Shown here piece by piece: positions 8,770-18,774 of a DNA stretch of 64,000 nucleotides. Source of the DNA: an uncultured Pseudomonadota bacterium (GTDB lineage Bacteria > Pseudomonadota > Alphaproteobacteria > JACZXZ01). Position 1 is the stretch's first letter; each line of letters starts with the position of its first letter. The notes below the pieces were generated by a model that worked only from the letters and a program-made list of their open reading frames with translations, was not told where the DNA came from and did not search any database. The stretch lies in NCBI GenBank assembly GCA_963749075.1, contig CAVVLJ010000017.1, positions 352,001 through 416,000 of the forward strand, in the 5' to 3' direction. A program made the translations under genes and the position numbers.

Positions 8770-9885
8770 ATGAGACAGGACGTCATCGAGCGGCAAGCGG
8801 CGGCCATGGGGGAGCTGGGTCTCGATGCCGTCATCTCGAGCTCGCCCGAGAATTTCGCCTACGTCACCGGCTTCCTCTCGCCGACCCAGCCGCTCATGCG
8901 CTGGCGCCATGCCATGGCGCTCGTCACGCGCGACGGCAAGGCAGCGCTTCTCGTCGTCGACATGGAGGCGAGCACGATCCGCGCCAAGGCGCCGGGCAGC
9001 GAGATCGCGGTATGGCAGGAATTCCAGTTCGACGCGATTGAGGTCTTAGCCGGGCTCGTCCGGAACCATGGGCTCGCCCGCGCCAACATCGGCATCGAGA
9101 TGGATTATCTGCCGGCCGGCGATTTCGCCGAGCTCGCGAAGCAGCTGCCGGAGGCGCGCTTCGCTCCCGCGCAGGCGCTCCTGGCGCGGCTGCGTCAGGT
9201 GAAGACGCCGGCGGAGATCGCAATCCTCCGCCGCCTCTCGCGCATCGCCGACCAGGCGATCGCGGACGCCTTCGGCGCGGTCAAGGCCGGGATGACCGAG
9301 ATGGACATCGCCGCGGCCTTGAGCGGCAACGTCTATGCGCTCGGCGCCGATCACTTCAAGATCATGATCGTGGCGACAGGCGAGCGCAGCGTCTTCCCCA
9401 ACGTCGGCCCGAGCGAGCGCGTTCTGAAACGGGGCGACATCTGCCGCGTCGAGATCTTCCCGACGCTTGGCGGCTATCACGCTGGCGTCTGCCGGACCGC
9501 CATGGTCGAAGAGGCGCCGCGCGAGGCCGAGCGCATCTGGCAGAACTTGGTCGCCTGCAAGTACCTGCTGCTCGACGCCATCAAGCCGGGTGCGGGCAGC
9601 CGCGCGATTTACGAGCTCTATCTCAAGAAGGTGGGCGAGCTCGGGCTGCCGCCCATTTCCTTCATCGGACACGGCATCGGGCTCCACCTGCACGAGGACC
9701 CCTATCTGGGACCTACTCCCAGCCAACCCCTCGAGGCCGGCATGGTGCTCGGCATCGAGCCGCTGGTCTACGAGACGGGCTTCGGCTTCGGGATGCAGAA
9801 CAAGGATATGGTGCTTGTGACCGCCGGCGGATGCGAGCTCCTCTCCGACTACACGGACACGGACCGGCTGATCAGGGTGGCATAG
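8770..9885 (+). CDS. M24 (Xaa-Pro peptidase/creatinase fold) hydrolase with non-canonical metal site
   Basis: PENFAYVTGF, LRQVKTPAEI, GHGIGLHLHEDP, GIEP; ligand positions read RVEIF..GGYHAGVCRT and MQNKDM. Confidence 0.85.
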   Translation: MRQDVIERQAAAMGELGLDAVISSSPENFAYVTGFLSPTQPLMRWRHAMALVTRDGKAALLVVDMEASTIRAKAPGSEIAVWQEFQFDAIEVLAGLVRNHGLARANIGIEMDYLPAGDFAELAKQLPEARFAPAQALLARLRQVKTPAEIAILRRLSRIADQAIADAFGAVKAGMTEMDIAAALSGNVYALGADHFKIMIVATGERSVFPNVGPSERVLKRGDICRVEIFPTLGGYHAGVCRTAMVEEAPREAERIWQNLVACKYLLLDAIKPGAGSRAIYELYLKKVGELGLPPISFIGHGIGLHLHEDPYLGPTPSQPLEAGMVLGIEPLVYETGFGFGMQNKDMVLVTAGGCELLSDYTDTDRLIRVA

Positions 9886-9894
9886 CTTCGGCTC

Positions 9895-10695
9895 ATGGGC
9901 GTCGTTTCGCACATCGGGGTGACCGACCTCACGCTGCGCTACCGCTCCAAGGACGACGCGGTGGTCGCGCTCGACAACGTGTCGATGGAGATCGCTCCGC
10001 GCTCGTTCGTCAGCATCGTCGGGCCGTCCGGCTGCGGCAAGACGACGCTTCTCAAGGTGCTCTCCGGCGTCCTCAAGGCGACGAGCGGACGGGTCCTGTT
10101 CGACGGCGTCCCCATCGAGCGCACCAGTCTCGCCGGCAAGGTCGGCTACGTCTTCCAGCGCCCGCTGCTCCTCCCCTGGCGCACGGCGCTCGAGAACGTG
10201 GCGCTCACCACCGAGGTCTCCCAGAAGCACGTCGGGCGGGCGGAGCGGCTCGCCGAGGCGCGCCGCTGGCTGGCGCTCATGGGACTCGATGGGTTCGAGG
10301 ACCGCCTCCCTCACGAGCTCTCGGGCGGCATGCAGCAGCGCGTCTCGCTCTCGCGGGCGCTCGCCTTCCACCCGCCGATCCTGATGATGGACGAGCCGTT
10401 CGCGGCACTCGACGAGATCACGCGCGAGGCCATGCAGGACGAGCTCCTGCGCCTCTGGGCCATCACCGAGAGCACGGTGATTTTCGTCACCCACAGCATC
10501 AGCGAGGCGGTTCTGCTCTCCGAGCGGGTCATCGTCATGACGGCGCGTCCGGGCCGCGTCGACGAGATCATCGATGTGCCGTTTCCGCGTCCGCGCGACG
10601 AGGAGCTGCGCGGCAGTTCCGCCTTCACGGAGCTCGTCCAGCACATCCGCCGCAAGCTGCGCCGGGGCGAGCGCGTCGCGGAGGCCGCGTCGTGA
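9895..10695 (+). CDS. ABC transporter ATP-binding protein (NitT/TauT family)
   Basis: GPSGCGKTT, LSGGMQQR, LMMDEPFAALD, FVTH. Confidence 0.95.
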   Translation: MGVVSHIGVTDLTLRYRSKDDAVVALDNVSMEIAPRSFVSIVGPSGCGKTTLLKVLSGVLKATSGRVLFDGVPIERTSLAGKVGYVFQRPLLLPWRTALENVALTTEVSQKHVGRAERLAEARRWLALMGLDGFEDRLPHELSGGMQQRVSLSRALAFHPPILMMDEPFAALDEITREAMQDELLRLWAITESTVIFVTHSISEAVLLSERVIVMTARPGRVDEIIDVPFPRPRDEELRGSSAFTELVQHIRRKLRRGERVAEAAS

Positions 10696-11471
10696 ACGCA
10701 CGCGTGCTCACCCGCACGGCGAGCCAGGCCATCGTCTTCTTGGCCTTTTTCGCGGTCTGGGAGGCGCTGGTCGACGTCCTCAAGATCAAGCCGGTGATCC
10801 TGCCGGGGCCGAGCCTGATTTTTCTCAGCATGGTCAAGAACTGGGCCTATTTGATGAAGAACACCTGGCCGACGCTGATCGAGGTCGGCGGCGGCTTTGT
10901 GATCGCCGCGGCGTTCGGCTTCGCGATCGCGGTCGGCATCGCGTACTCGCGCTGGGTGAGCGAGGTGAGCTACCCCTTCCTCGTGACGGCCCAGGTGCTG
11001 CCGAAGATCGCGCTGGCGCCGCTCTTCCTCATCTGGTTCGGCTTCGGACTCACGCCCAAGCTCGTCATCGCGGCGCTCATCGCCTTCTTTCCGATCGTCA
11101 TCAACACGGCGCGCGGGCTGACCTCGGTGGAGCCCGAGCTCATACAGTATATGCGCTCGCTCGGGGCAAGCTGGCGCGAGATCTTCTTCAAGATCAGCCT
11201 GCCCTGGGCGCTCCCCTACATCTTCTCCTCGTTCCGCATCTCGATCACGCTCGCCGTGGTGGGTGCCGTCGTCGGCGAGTTCGTCGCCTCCGACAGCGGC
11301 CTCGGCTACGTCATCAGCTATGCCAACACCTCGCTCGACACCGACGTCATGTTCGCCGGCATTTTCGTGCTCAGCGGCCTGGGCGTTGCGCTCTTCCTCG
11401 CCGTCGTGCTCGCCGAGCGCCTCGTGCTGCCCTGGCAGGCGGCGATCGAGGCGGCGCCCGAGACCATGTAA
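10692..11471 (+). CDS. ABC transporter permease (NitT/TauT family)
   Basis: PKIALAPLFLIWFGFG, AFFPIVINT, GAVVGEFV; GTG overlaps the upstream stop. Confidence 0.93.
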   Translation: MNARVLTRTASQAIVFLAFFAVWEALVDVLKIKPVILPGPSLIFLSMVKNWAYLMKNTWPTLIEVGGGFVIAAAFGFAIAVGIAYSRWVSEVSYPFLVTAQVLPKIALAPLFLIWFGFGLTPKLVIAALIAFFPIVINTARGLTSVEPELIQYMRSLGASWREIFFKISLPWALPYIFSSFRISITLAVVGAVVGEFVASDSGLGYVISYANTSLDTDVMFAGIFVLSGLGVALFLAVVLAERLVLPWQAAIEAAPETM

Positions 11472-11501
11472 CCACGCACCGTCAACAAAGGAGGCTTCCA
11501 C

Positions 11502-12471
11502 ATGCTGATGAGACGATTGATGCTTGCCGGCGCCGTCTTGGCGGTCGCCGGCGGTCCGGCGCTTGCCCTCGACAAGGTGACGCTTCGTCTCGACTGGGTC
11601 TACGGCTCCGAGCACGCGCCGATCTTCCTCGCGCGCGACAAGGGCTTCTTCGCCAAGGAGGGGATCGACGTTCGAGCTCATGCCGGGCGAAGGCTCGACC
11701 GTCACCGTGAAGCTGGTCGGCAACGGCACGGCGGACTTCGGCTACGCCACCGCCGACCAGGCGCTCATGGCCTATGCCAAGGGCCTGCCGGTGGTATCGA
11801 CCGCGGTCATCCTGCAGAAGAGCGCCTCCGCGATCATCTATCCGACGGCGACGGGCATCAAGACGCTCAAGGATCTCTACGGCAAGACCCTCGGCGTGCC
11901 GATGCTGAGCGTTGGCGAGAAGCAATGGCGCGCCATCATCAAGATCAACGGGCTCGACGGCTCCAAGATCAAGGAGCTGCCGACCGACCGCAACATCGCC
12001 CTGATGATCGAGGCGAAGAAGGTCGATGCCGCCATTGCTTTCTTCTTCAACGACGGCATCAAACTCATCACCGACGGCATTCCGACGAGCTGGATCCTGT
12101 TCGCCGACGCGGGCCTGCCGATCTATTCAAGCTCGCTCATCACCAATGCCGACATGATCAAGAAGAACCCCGACCTCGTGCGCCGCTTCACGCACGCCTT
12201 CGTCGAGGGCTGGACCTATGCGCTCGGCCACGAGAAAGAGGCGCTCGACGCCTTTCTCAAGGACATCCCCCAGGCCGACGTGAAGTATTCGACCGTCAAG
12301 TTCCCCGAGGTGCTCAAGCTCACCCAGACCGAGGACACGATCAAGCACGGCATCGGCTACTCCACGAAGGAGAAATGGGAGGCCATGCAGAAGTCGCTGC
12401 TCGACATCGGCATCATGCAGACCCCGGTCGACGTCGAGAAGGTTTTCACCAACGAATTCCTCAAGCAGTGA
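11502..12471 (+). CDS. ABC substrate-binding protein (NMT1/THI5-like), frameshifted near 11671
   Basis: Signal peptide + DKVTLRLDW..G.EHAP..LA.DKGFFAKEGIDV continues in the +1 frame (ELMPGEGSTVTVKLVG); extra T in GACGTTC. Confidence 0.85.
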
Positions 12472-12475
12472 GCCC

Positions 12476-13576
12476 ATGATCAGGACCATCGCCATCCTGG
12501 GCGCCGGCCACGGCGGTGCCGCCGCAGCGGCCGATCTCGTGCGCCGCGGCTTCTCGGTGCGCCTCCACGCGCGGCGCGCCGAGCGGCTCGCCCCCTTTCG
12601 CGCCGCCGGAGGGGTCGAGGCGCGCGGCGTGCAGGAGGGCTTCGTGCCGCTCGCTCACATGACCACGGACGTGGGTGAAGCCGTGCGCGGCGCCGACCTC
12701 GTGATGCTCGTGGTGCCCTCCGATGCGCACGCGTTCTATGCCGAGGCGCTGGCGCCGCACCTCTCTCCGGACATCCCGGTCTTCCTCAACCCCGGTCACA
12801 CCGGCGGCGGGCTTCACTTCGTCCACGAGCTGCGCAGGGTGGGCTATGGCAAGCCGGTCCAGAGCTGCGAGAGCGTTTCGCTCACCTACATCTGCCGCAT
12901 GGAGGGACCGGCCAAGGTCGGCATCTACAGCTACACCAAGCGGCTCGCCTTCGCGGCATTCCCCGGCAAGAACGCCCGGCGGCTCCATGAGCTCATGAAG
13001 CCGGTCTATCCCGAGTTGACGCTCGCCTCGAGCGTGCTCGAGACGGCGCTCACCAATCTCAATGCCGTCTTCCACCCGCCCGGCATGGTGATGAACACCG
13101 GGTGGATCGAGCATACCGGCGGCAATTTCCTCTTTTACCGCGAGGGCATCACCGAGGGGATCGGACGCGTCACCGCCGCCGTCGACGCCGAGCGCATTGC
13201 CATCGCGCGGGCGCTAGCACTGCCGGTGCGCACCTTCCTCGAGGCCTTCTACCAGGCCGGGCTGACCACGACGGCGGCCTTCGAGAGCGGCTCGATCGCG
13301 CGCGCCTGCCGGGAGAGCGAGCCTAACTTCACGCTCAAGTCGCCGCCCGCGCTCGCCCATCGCTACATCAACGAGGACGTGGGCTACGGCCTCGTGCCGA
13401 TCGCCGCCTTCGGAGAGCTTGCCGGTGTCGCCACGCCCGTGATCGACGCGCTCGTGACGCTCGCGAGCAGCGCCGCCGGCATCGACTTCCGCAAGACCGG
13501 CCTCACCCTCGAAAAGATGGGCCTTGCCGGGCGGCGGCCTGCGAGCCTCGCGCAATTCCTCGAAGAGGGCGATTGA
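12476..13576 (+). CDS. NAD/NADP octopine/nopaline (opine) dehydrogenase family
   Basis: ILGAGHGG Rossmann motif, NLNAVFHP, FYREGIT, HRYINEDVGYGLVP. Confidence 0.9.
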   Translation: MIRTIAILGAGHGGAAAAADLVRRGFSVRLHARRAERLAPFRAAGGVEARGVQEGFVPLAHMTTDVGEAVRGADLVMLVVPSDAHAFYAEALAPHLSPDIPVFLNPGHTGGGLHFVHELRRVGYGKPVQSCESVSLTYICRMEGPAKVGIYSYTKRLAFAAFPGKNARRLHELMKPVYPELTLASSVLETALTNLNAVFHPPGMVMNTGWIEHTGGNFLFYREGITEGIGRVTAAVDAERIAIARALALPVRTFLEAFYQAGLTTTAAFESGSIARACRESEPNFTLKSPPALAHRYINEDVGYGLVPIAAFGELAGVATPVIDALVTLASSAAGIDFRKTGLTLEKMGLAGRRPASLAQFLEEGD

Positions 13577-13590
13577 GGGGAACGCCCGCC

Positions 13591-14583
13591 ATGGCCGCCC
13601 GCATCGGCATCTGCTTTGACGGCTTCAAGCCGTTCCACGAGACGCTCGAGCTCGCCAACGAGGCGGCGGCGGCCGGGGCCGAGAGCGTGTGGATGGCGGA
13701 CCATCTCGGTTACCGCGAGGCGATCCTTTCGTGCCTCGGCTTCGCGCTCGCCGTGCCCAAGGTCAAGGTGGTGCCGACCGCGGTCAGCCCGTATCTGCGC
13801 CATCCGATGCCGGTTGCCATGCAGATGTCGACGCTGGCCGAGGCGGCACCTGGACGCGCGGCACTCGCAGTCGGCATCGGCAATCCGCTCTTTCTCGGCG
13901 AGGCGGGCGAGGGCATCGAGAAGCCGGTCAGGATCGTGCGCGAGTTCGTCGAGGCGCTGCGCGCGCTATGGTCCGGCCAGCCCGTCGAGATGGAGGCGGC
14001 GCGCTTTCGCCTCAAGGGTGCGCGCATGATGTTCAGCGCAAGCGCGCCCATTCCCATTTATCTCGCCCCGATGCGCGAGCAGATGCTGCGGCTCGCGGGC
14101 CGCATGGCCAACGGCGTCGTGCTCTCGGCCGGCATCTCCGCGGGCTACGCGCGGCATTCCCTCGCGATCATGGCCAAGGGTGCCGAGCAGGCCGGGCGGC
14201 CGGCGAGCGACGTGCTGACGGCGGGCTGCCTCTTCTTCATGGCCTCGCGGGAGCCCAAGCGCGCGATCGAGGAGGTGCGGCGCAAGCTCGCCTTCGTCCT
14301 GCGCAACCGCTTTCTCGACGAGAGTCTCGCTTTCACCGGCATCCCCCTCGATCAGGCGGCGATCATCGCCGCGATCGCCGAGCGCGACTTCGAAGGTGCC
14401 TCGCGCCTCGTGCCGGACGACGCGGTCGAGGCCTTTGCCGTCGCCGGCAGCGCCCGCGCGTGCTGCGACAAGCTGCGGGCTTTCGCCGACGCCGGCATCG
14501 AGGAGCTCGTGCTGCTCGTCGGCGGCGAAGGCGAGGACCGGCTCGAGGGCCTTAAGGTCATCCGCGAGTTCACGGCGAAATGA
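13591..14583 (+). CDS. LLM-class flavin/F420-dependent oxidoreductase
   Basis: AESVWMADH, PYLRHP..VAM..STL.E.APGR..L.VG.G, IPIYLA...MLRLAGRMANG. Confidence 0.88.
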   Translation: MAARIGICFDGFKPFHETLELANEAAAAGAESVWMADHLGYREAILSCLGFALAVPKVKVVPTAVSPYLRHPMPVAMQMSTLAEAAPGRAALAVGIGNPLFLGEAGEGIEKPVRIVREFVEALRALWSGQPVEMEAARFRLKGARMMFSASAPIPIYLAPMREQMLRLAGRMANGVVLSAGISAGYARHSLAIMAKGAEQAGRPASDVLTAGCLFFMASREPKRAIEEVRRKLAFVLRNRFLDESLAFTGIPLDQAAIIAAIAERDFEGASRLVPDDAVEAFAVAGSARACCDKLRAFADAGIEELVLLVGGEGEDRLEGLKVIREFTAK

Positions 14584-14603
14584 CCCACCGACATCCCTGA
14601 CGC

Positions 14604-15746
14604 ATGGAGGAAGGAATGGCGAAAGAGGAGAGCGAGCACGAGGTCTTCCGCAAGTTGCGCGGCATGATGAAGGCCAAAGGCTATGACGCGCTGGTGGCGT
14701 TCTCGCCCGACAACGTCACCTACACGGCGGGCTTTCTCGTGCCGAGCCACGCGACCAACCGCTTCCGCCGCACGATCTCGGTGCTCGCGGGCGACGCCTT
14801 CGCCGCGCAGGTCGTGGTCACCGTCGAGGAGAAGCTCGCCCTCGCGCGCTCGCGCTTCAAGGACGTCCGACCTTACGGTCAGTTCGACCAGGACCCCGCG
14901 GACGTGCTCGCCGATATCCTCGTGGAGGCCGGCGTCGCCCGAGGCAGAATCGCCATCGAGCTCGACTACATGCCCGCCAAGGACTACCTGCGGCTCGCGG
15001 CGCGGCTGCCCCAGGCCGGCTTTTTCGAGTGCAAGGACATCTATTTCAAGGCGCGCATGATCAAGACGGATGCCGAGGTCGCGGTCCTCCGCAGCGTCGG
15101 CGCGCTCACCGATCGGGTCATCGGCGACGTGCTCAAGACGCTCAAGCCGGGCGTGACCGAGGCCGAGGTCGGGCGGCAGATTTCCGATCGCATGTATGCG
15201 GGCGGCTGCGGCGAGCTCAAGTATCAGATCGGCTCCGGCGTCAACAGCGGCATCACCAATTGCGGCACGAGCGACAAGCCCATCGAGAAGGGCGACGTCA
15301 TCCGCGTCGAGGTGCTCGGCAGCATGCAGAACTACCGCTCGAACGTCACGCGCACGGCGGTCATGGGGCGGCCGAGCGAGGAGCAGAGGGGGATCTGGCG
15401 GACGATGATCCGCGCGCGCGACATCTGCAAGGCGATGCTGCGGCCCGGCGTGCCCGTGCCCGAGGTCTGGCGCGCCTACGTGACGGCCTGCCGCGAGGGC
15501 GGCATCGAGCCGACGCTGCAGTTCCTCGGCCACGGCATCGGCCAGACCATCCACGAGGAGCCGTACCTCACGGCCTCCCGCGATATCGTTTTCGAGCCCA
15601 ACATCACCTTCACGATGGAGCCGCTCTACATGATGCCGGGCGTCATGGGCTTCCATGTCGAGGACATGTACGTCATCACGCCGGACGGCTTCGCGCCTCT
15701 GAGCGGCGACATCACGCCGAACGACAAGCTCATCGAAGTCGGCTGA
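14604..15746 (+). CDS. Second M24-fold hydrolase, non-canonical
   Basis: PDNVTYTAGF, RMIKTDAEV, RVEVLG..QNYRSNVTRT, GHGIGQTIHEEP, TMEP, GFHVEDM. Confidence 0.85.
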   Translation: MEEGMAKEESEHEVFRKLRGMMKAKGYDALVAFSPDNVTYTAGFLVPSHATNRFRRTISVLAGDAFAAQVVVTVEEKLALARSRFKDVRPYGQFDQDPADVLADILVEAGVARGRIAIELDYMPAKDYLRLAARLPQAGFFECKDIYFKARMIKTDAEVAVLRSVGALTDRVIGDVLKTLKPGVTEAEVGRQISDRMYAGGCGELKYQIGSGVNSGITNCGTSDKPIEKGDVIRVEVLGSMQNYRSNVTRTAVMGRPSEEQRGIWRTMIRARDICKAMLRPGVPVPEVWRAYVTACREGGIEPTLQFLGHGIGQTIHEEPYLTASRDIVFEPNITFTMEPLYMMPGVMGFHVEDMYVITPDGFAPLSGDITPNDKLIEVG

Positions 15747-15758
15747 GGGAGCCCGGTC

Positions 15759-16931
15759 ATGGCGATGTCCAGTCTCAAGATCCGCGGCGGCAAGGTGTTC
15801 CTCGTAGCACTGCCGATCCGCCGGCCGCATTTCTGGGCGGGTCACACCACCCGGATCGGCGAAGGCTATATCGTGCTGCGTCTCGAGCTCGAGAGCGGCA
15901 TTGCCGGCTGGGGCGAGACCCAGGTCATCGGCACCTGGGGCGGCGACCACGGCAGCAAATACGGCGAGGCGCCGAGGCCGACGGCGGTCGTCCTGAGGGA
16001 CATTCTCCTGCCGGCCATCACCGGGCTCGACGTGACGCAGCTCGATCTCCTCCATGGCCAGATGAACCGCGTTTTGCGGGGACATCCCTACGCCAAGGCC
16101 GCGATCGACGTGGCCGCTCTCGACGCCATCGGCACGGCTCATGGATTGCCGGTCTATCAGCTCCTCGGCGGGCGGTTCCGCGAACGGGTCGAGATCGCCC
16201 ACAGCATCGGCCTGATGGGGGCCGAGGCCGCGGCCAAGGAGGCGGCCGCGGCCGTTGACGAGGGCATCAGGACGATCAAGATCAAGATCGGCATCGATCC
16301 GGCGCGCGACATCGGGGTGGTCGGCGAGGTCCGAGCCGCGGTCGGCAAATCGGCGCGGCTCAGGGTCGACGCGAATCAGGGCTACCGCACCTGGCGCGAG
16401 GCGGTCGCGGTCATCGAGGCGCTCGAGAAATACGACATCTGGTACGCCGAGCAGCCGGTCGAAGGCTTGAGCGCCATGGCGGAGGTCAGTGCGCGCAGCC
16501 GCGTCCCGATCATGGCGGACGAGAGCGCCTGGAACGAGCATGACGTGCTCGAAATCATCCGCCGCAACGCGGCGCAGATGCTCTCGGTCTATTACACCAA
16601 GCCCGGCGGTCCCTCGCGCGCGAAGCGTCTTCTCGCGGTCGCCGGCGCCGGTGCCTTGCCTTGCGACATCAACGGCTCGGCCGAGATGGGCATCGGCAAT
16701 GCCGCCAATCTCCATCTCGCCGCGAGCTCCCCGGAAATCTCGCTCCCGGGCACGATCCCGATCACCTCGACGGCGGAGAAGGTGGTGACCGAAGTGGCGT
16801 GCCGCACATACCTCGACGACCTGATCGAGGAGCCCTTCCGCTACGCCGACGGCTACCTCCATGTTCCCGAGGGTCCGGGTCTCGGCATCAAGGTCGACGA
16901 GGCCAAGATCGCCAAATATCTCGTCGGATGA
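15759..16931 (+). CDS. Mandelate racemase/muconate lactonizing enzyme (enolase superfamily)
   Basis: GWGE, TIKIKIG (KxK), RVDANQ, EQP, MADES, GPGLGI. Confidence 0.9.
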   Translation: MAMSSLKIRGGKVFLVALPIRRPHFWAGHTTRIGEGYIVLRLELESGIAGWGETQVIGTWGGDHGSKYGEAPRPTAVVLRDILLPAITGLDVTQLDLLHGQMNRVLRGHPYAKAAIDVAALDAIGTAHGLPVYQLLGGRFRERVEIAHSIGLMGAEAAAKEAAAAVDEGIRTIKIKIGIDPARDIGVVGEVRAAVGKSARLRVDANQGYRTWREAVAVIEALEKYDIWYAEQPVEGLSAMAEVSARSRVPIMADESAWNEHDVLEIIRRNAAQMLSVYYTKPGGPSRAKRLLAVAGAGALPCDINGSAEMGIGNAANLHLAASSPEISLPGTIPITSTAEKVVTEVACRTYLDDLIEEPFRYADGYLHVPEGPGLGIKVDEAKIAKYLVG

Positions 16932-16957
16932 GCGCCTGTGCCGAGATCGAATGAGAG

Positions 16958-18022
16958 TTGGGCGACATGTCGAATGAACCATCGGCGAACGCGGACCAGG
17001 GTCTCGTACCGGTCATCGACATCGCCCCGTACCTCGGCGGGAACGAGGCGCAGAAGCGCGAGGTTGCCGCCCGGATCGACGCCGCCTGCCGCGAAGCGGG
17101 GTTCTACATCATCGTCGGCCACGGCGTGGATGCGGCACTGATCGAGCGCATGGCAGCGATATCGCGCGAGTTCTTCGCCCTTCCGCTGGCGGACAAGATG
17201 CGGCTGCACCGCGACGGGAGCGGGGAGAAGGGCTCCGTCGGCTACTCGACGATCGGCGACAACAACCTCTCCTATACGCGCGGCGAGAATCTCCCCTTCG
17301 ATCTCAACGAGACCATTCAAATCGCACCCCTCGACGTCGGCAACGACGCATATTACCGGGAAGGCGCTACGCTCGGGATGTTCCCGCCCAACCAGTGGCC
17401 GGAACGTCTGCCGGCGTTCAAGGAGATCTTCAGCGACTATTACCGACGCATGATCGCACTTGCCGGCGACCTCATGCGGCTCTCCGCCCTGGCGCTCGAG
17501 CTGCCCGAGGACTACTTCGCCGACAAGATCGACCGCAGCGTGAGCAAGCTTGCCGCTCGTCTCTATCCGGAGCAGGCCGAGGAACCGCTGCCGGGCCAGC
17601 TCCGGGCCGCGGCCCACACCGATTACGGCACGCTGACGATCCTGAAGCCCGGCAACGCGCCGGGCGGGCTGCAAATCGCCGACGGAGAAGGCCGTTGGCA
17701 CGATGTCCCGATGGTGCCCGGCTCCTACGTGATCAATCTCGGCGATGTCATGGCGCGCTGGACGAACGATCGCTGGCGCTCGACGCTACATCGTGTCACG
17801 AACCCGCCGCTGGAACTGCGCCGAAGCTCCCGCCGGCTCTCGATCGTGTTTTTCGGCCATCCGAATTACGATGTCGCCGTGTCCTGCCTGCCGTCTTGTC
17901 GGCAGCCGGGGAACCCGCCGCGCTACGAGCCGATTACCGTCGCGGATTACTATCTCTTGAAACAGAATCAGGGGCGCATCCTCCGGACTAGGGCTTCCTC
18001 TCCTCACGAGGCCGCGCCATGA
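16958..18022 (+). CDS. 2OG-Fe(II) oxygenase, isopenicillin N synthase family
   Basis: VPVIDI, ACREAGFYIIVGHGV, HTDYG, INLGDVMARWTNDRWRSTLHRV, RLSIVFF. Confidence 0.92.
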   Translation: MGDMSNEPSANADQGLVPVIDIAPYLGGNEAQKREVAARIDAACREAGFYIIVGHGVDAALIERMAAISREFFALPLADKMRLHRDGSGEKGSVGYSTIGDNNLSYTRGENLPFDLNETIQIAPLDVGNDAYYREGATLGMFPPNQWPERLPAFKEIFSDYYRRMIALAGDLMRLSALALELPEDYFADKIDRSVSKLAARLYPEQAEEPLPGQLRAAAHTDYGTLTILKPGNAPGGLQIADGEGRWHDVPMVPGSYVINLGDVMARWTNDRWRSTLHRVTNPPLELRRSSRRLSIVFFGHPNYDVAVSCLPSCRQPGNPPRYEPITVADYYLLKQNQGRILRTRASSPHEAAP

Positions 18023-18593
18023 GCGCGCGTAGCTTGCCGGCGATGCGCTCGCCCGGCGTGCCAGCATCGAACCCCGCGGCGAAGGCGCCTTGCGGGTCCA
18101 TGACGTAGATATAGGCGCTGTGGTCCATGAGGTAGTCGTCGGCGCCGGCTCCGGTCCTGCGGCGGACGTAGTAGACCCCGTATTCCTTGGCGACGGCGGC
18201 GAGCTGTTGCGGAGCGCCGATGAGGCCGACGATCCGCGGGTCGAAGGCGCGGACGTAGCTCGCCATCACCTTGGGCGTGTCGCGCTGGGGATCGACCGTG
18301 ATGAAGAGCACCTGCAGCTTTGCCGCTTCGGGCCCGAGCTTCGCGAGCGCCCGGGCGATCTCGCCGAGCGTGGTCGGGCAGGTGTCGGGACAGAAGGTAT
18401 AGCCGAAGTAAACGAGCAGCCATTTGCCGCGGTACGTCCGATCGGTGACGGTCGCGCCGCCGGCGGTCGTCAGCGTGAAGGGTCCACCGATGGTCACCGC
18501 CGCCGCGGCCGCCCGCGGCAGAGGCGGGCTCATCGCCATGAGAGCCAGCGCTGCCAGAACGGCCGGCAGCATGGAGAGGAGGCGCCGCCGCAC
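17988..18593 (-). CDS. SCO/SenC copper chaperone
   Basis: IGGPFTL, YFGYTFCPDTCP, TVDPQRDT, YLMDHS. Confidence 0.93.
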   Translation of the reverse strand: MRRRLLSMLPAVLAALALMAMSPPLPRAAAAAVTIGGPFTLTTAGGATVTDRTYRGKWLLVYFGYTFCPDTCPTTLGEIARALAKLGPEAAKLQVLFITVDPQRDTPKVMASYVRAFDPRIVGLIGAPQQLAAVAKEYGVYYVRRRTGAGADDYLMDHSAYIYVMDPQGAFAAGFDAGTPGERIAGKLRALMARPREERKP

Positions 18594-18774
18594 GAGAGCT
18601 CACTCCCCGGGTGCCGCGGCGGCCGGCGGGCGGCGGCCGCGAGCGCCGGCGCGGCAGCGCCGGCGGCACGGCGAAGCGAGCCCGCCCGGCACCAGTGCCA
18701 GTCGTCCGCTCTCGGCGATCATGGCTTCCGACCTTCCGGCGGCGGATTGGCCGCCGCCGCGGCGCCGTCCCCGC

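Noticed and set aside
18600-18722. 40-aa ORF between hemA and SCO (MIAESGRLALVPGG...)
   Set aside because: Low-complexity sequence with no motif; cannot be supported
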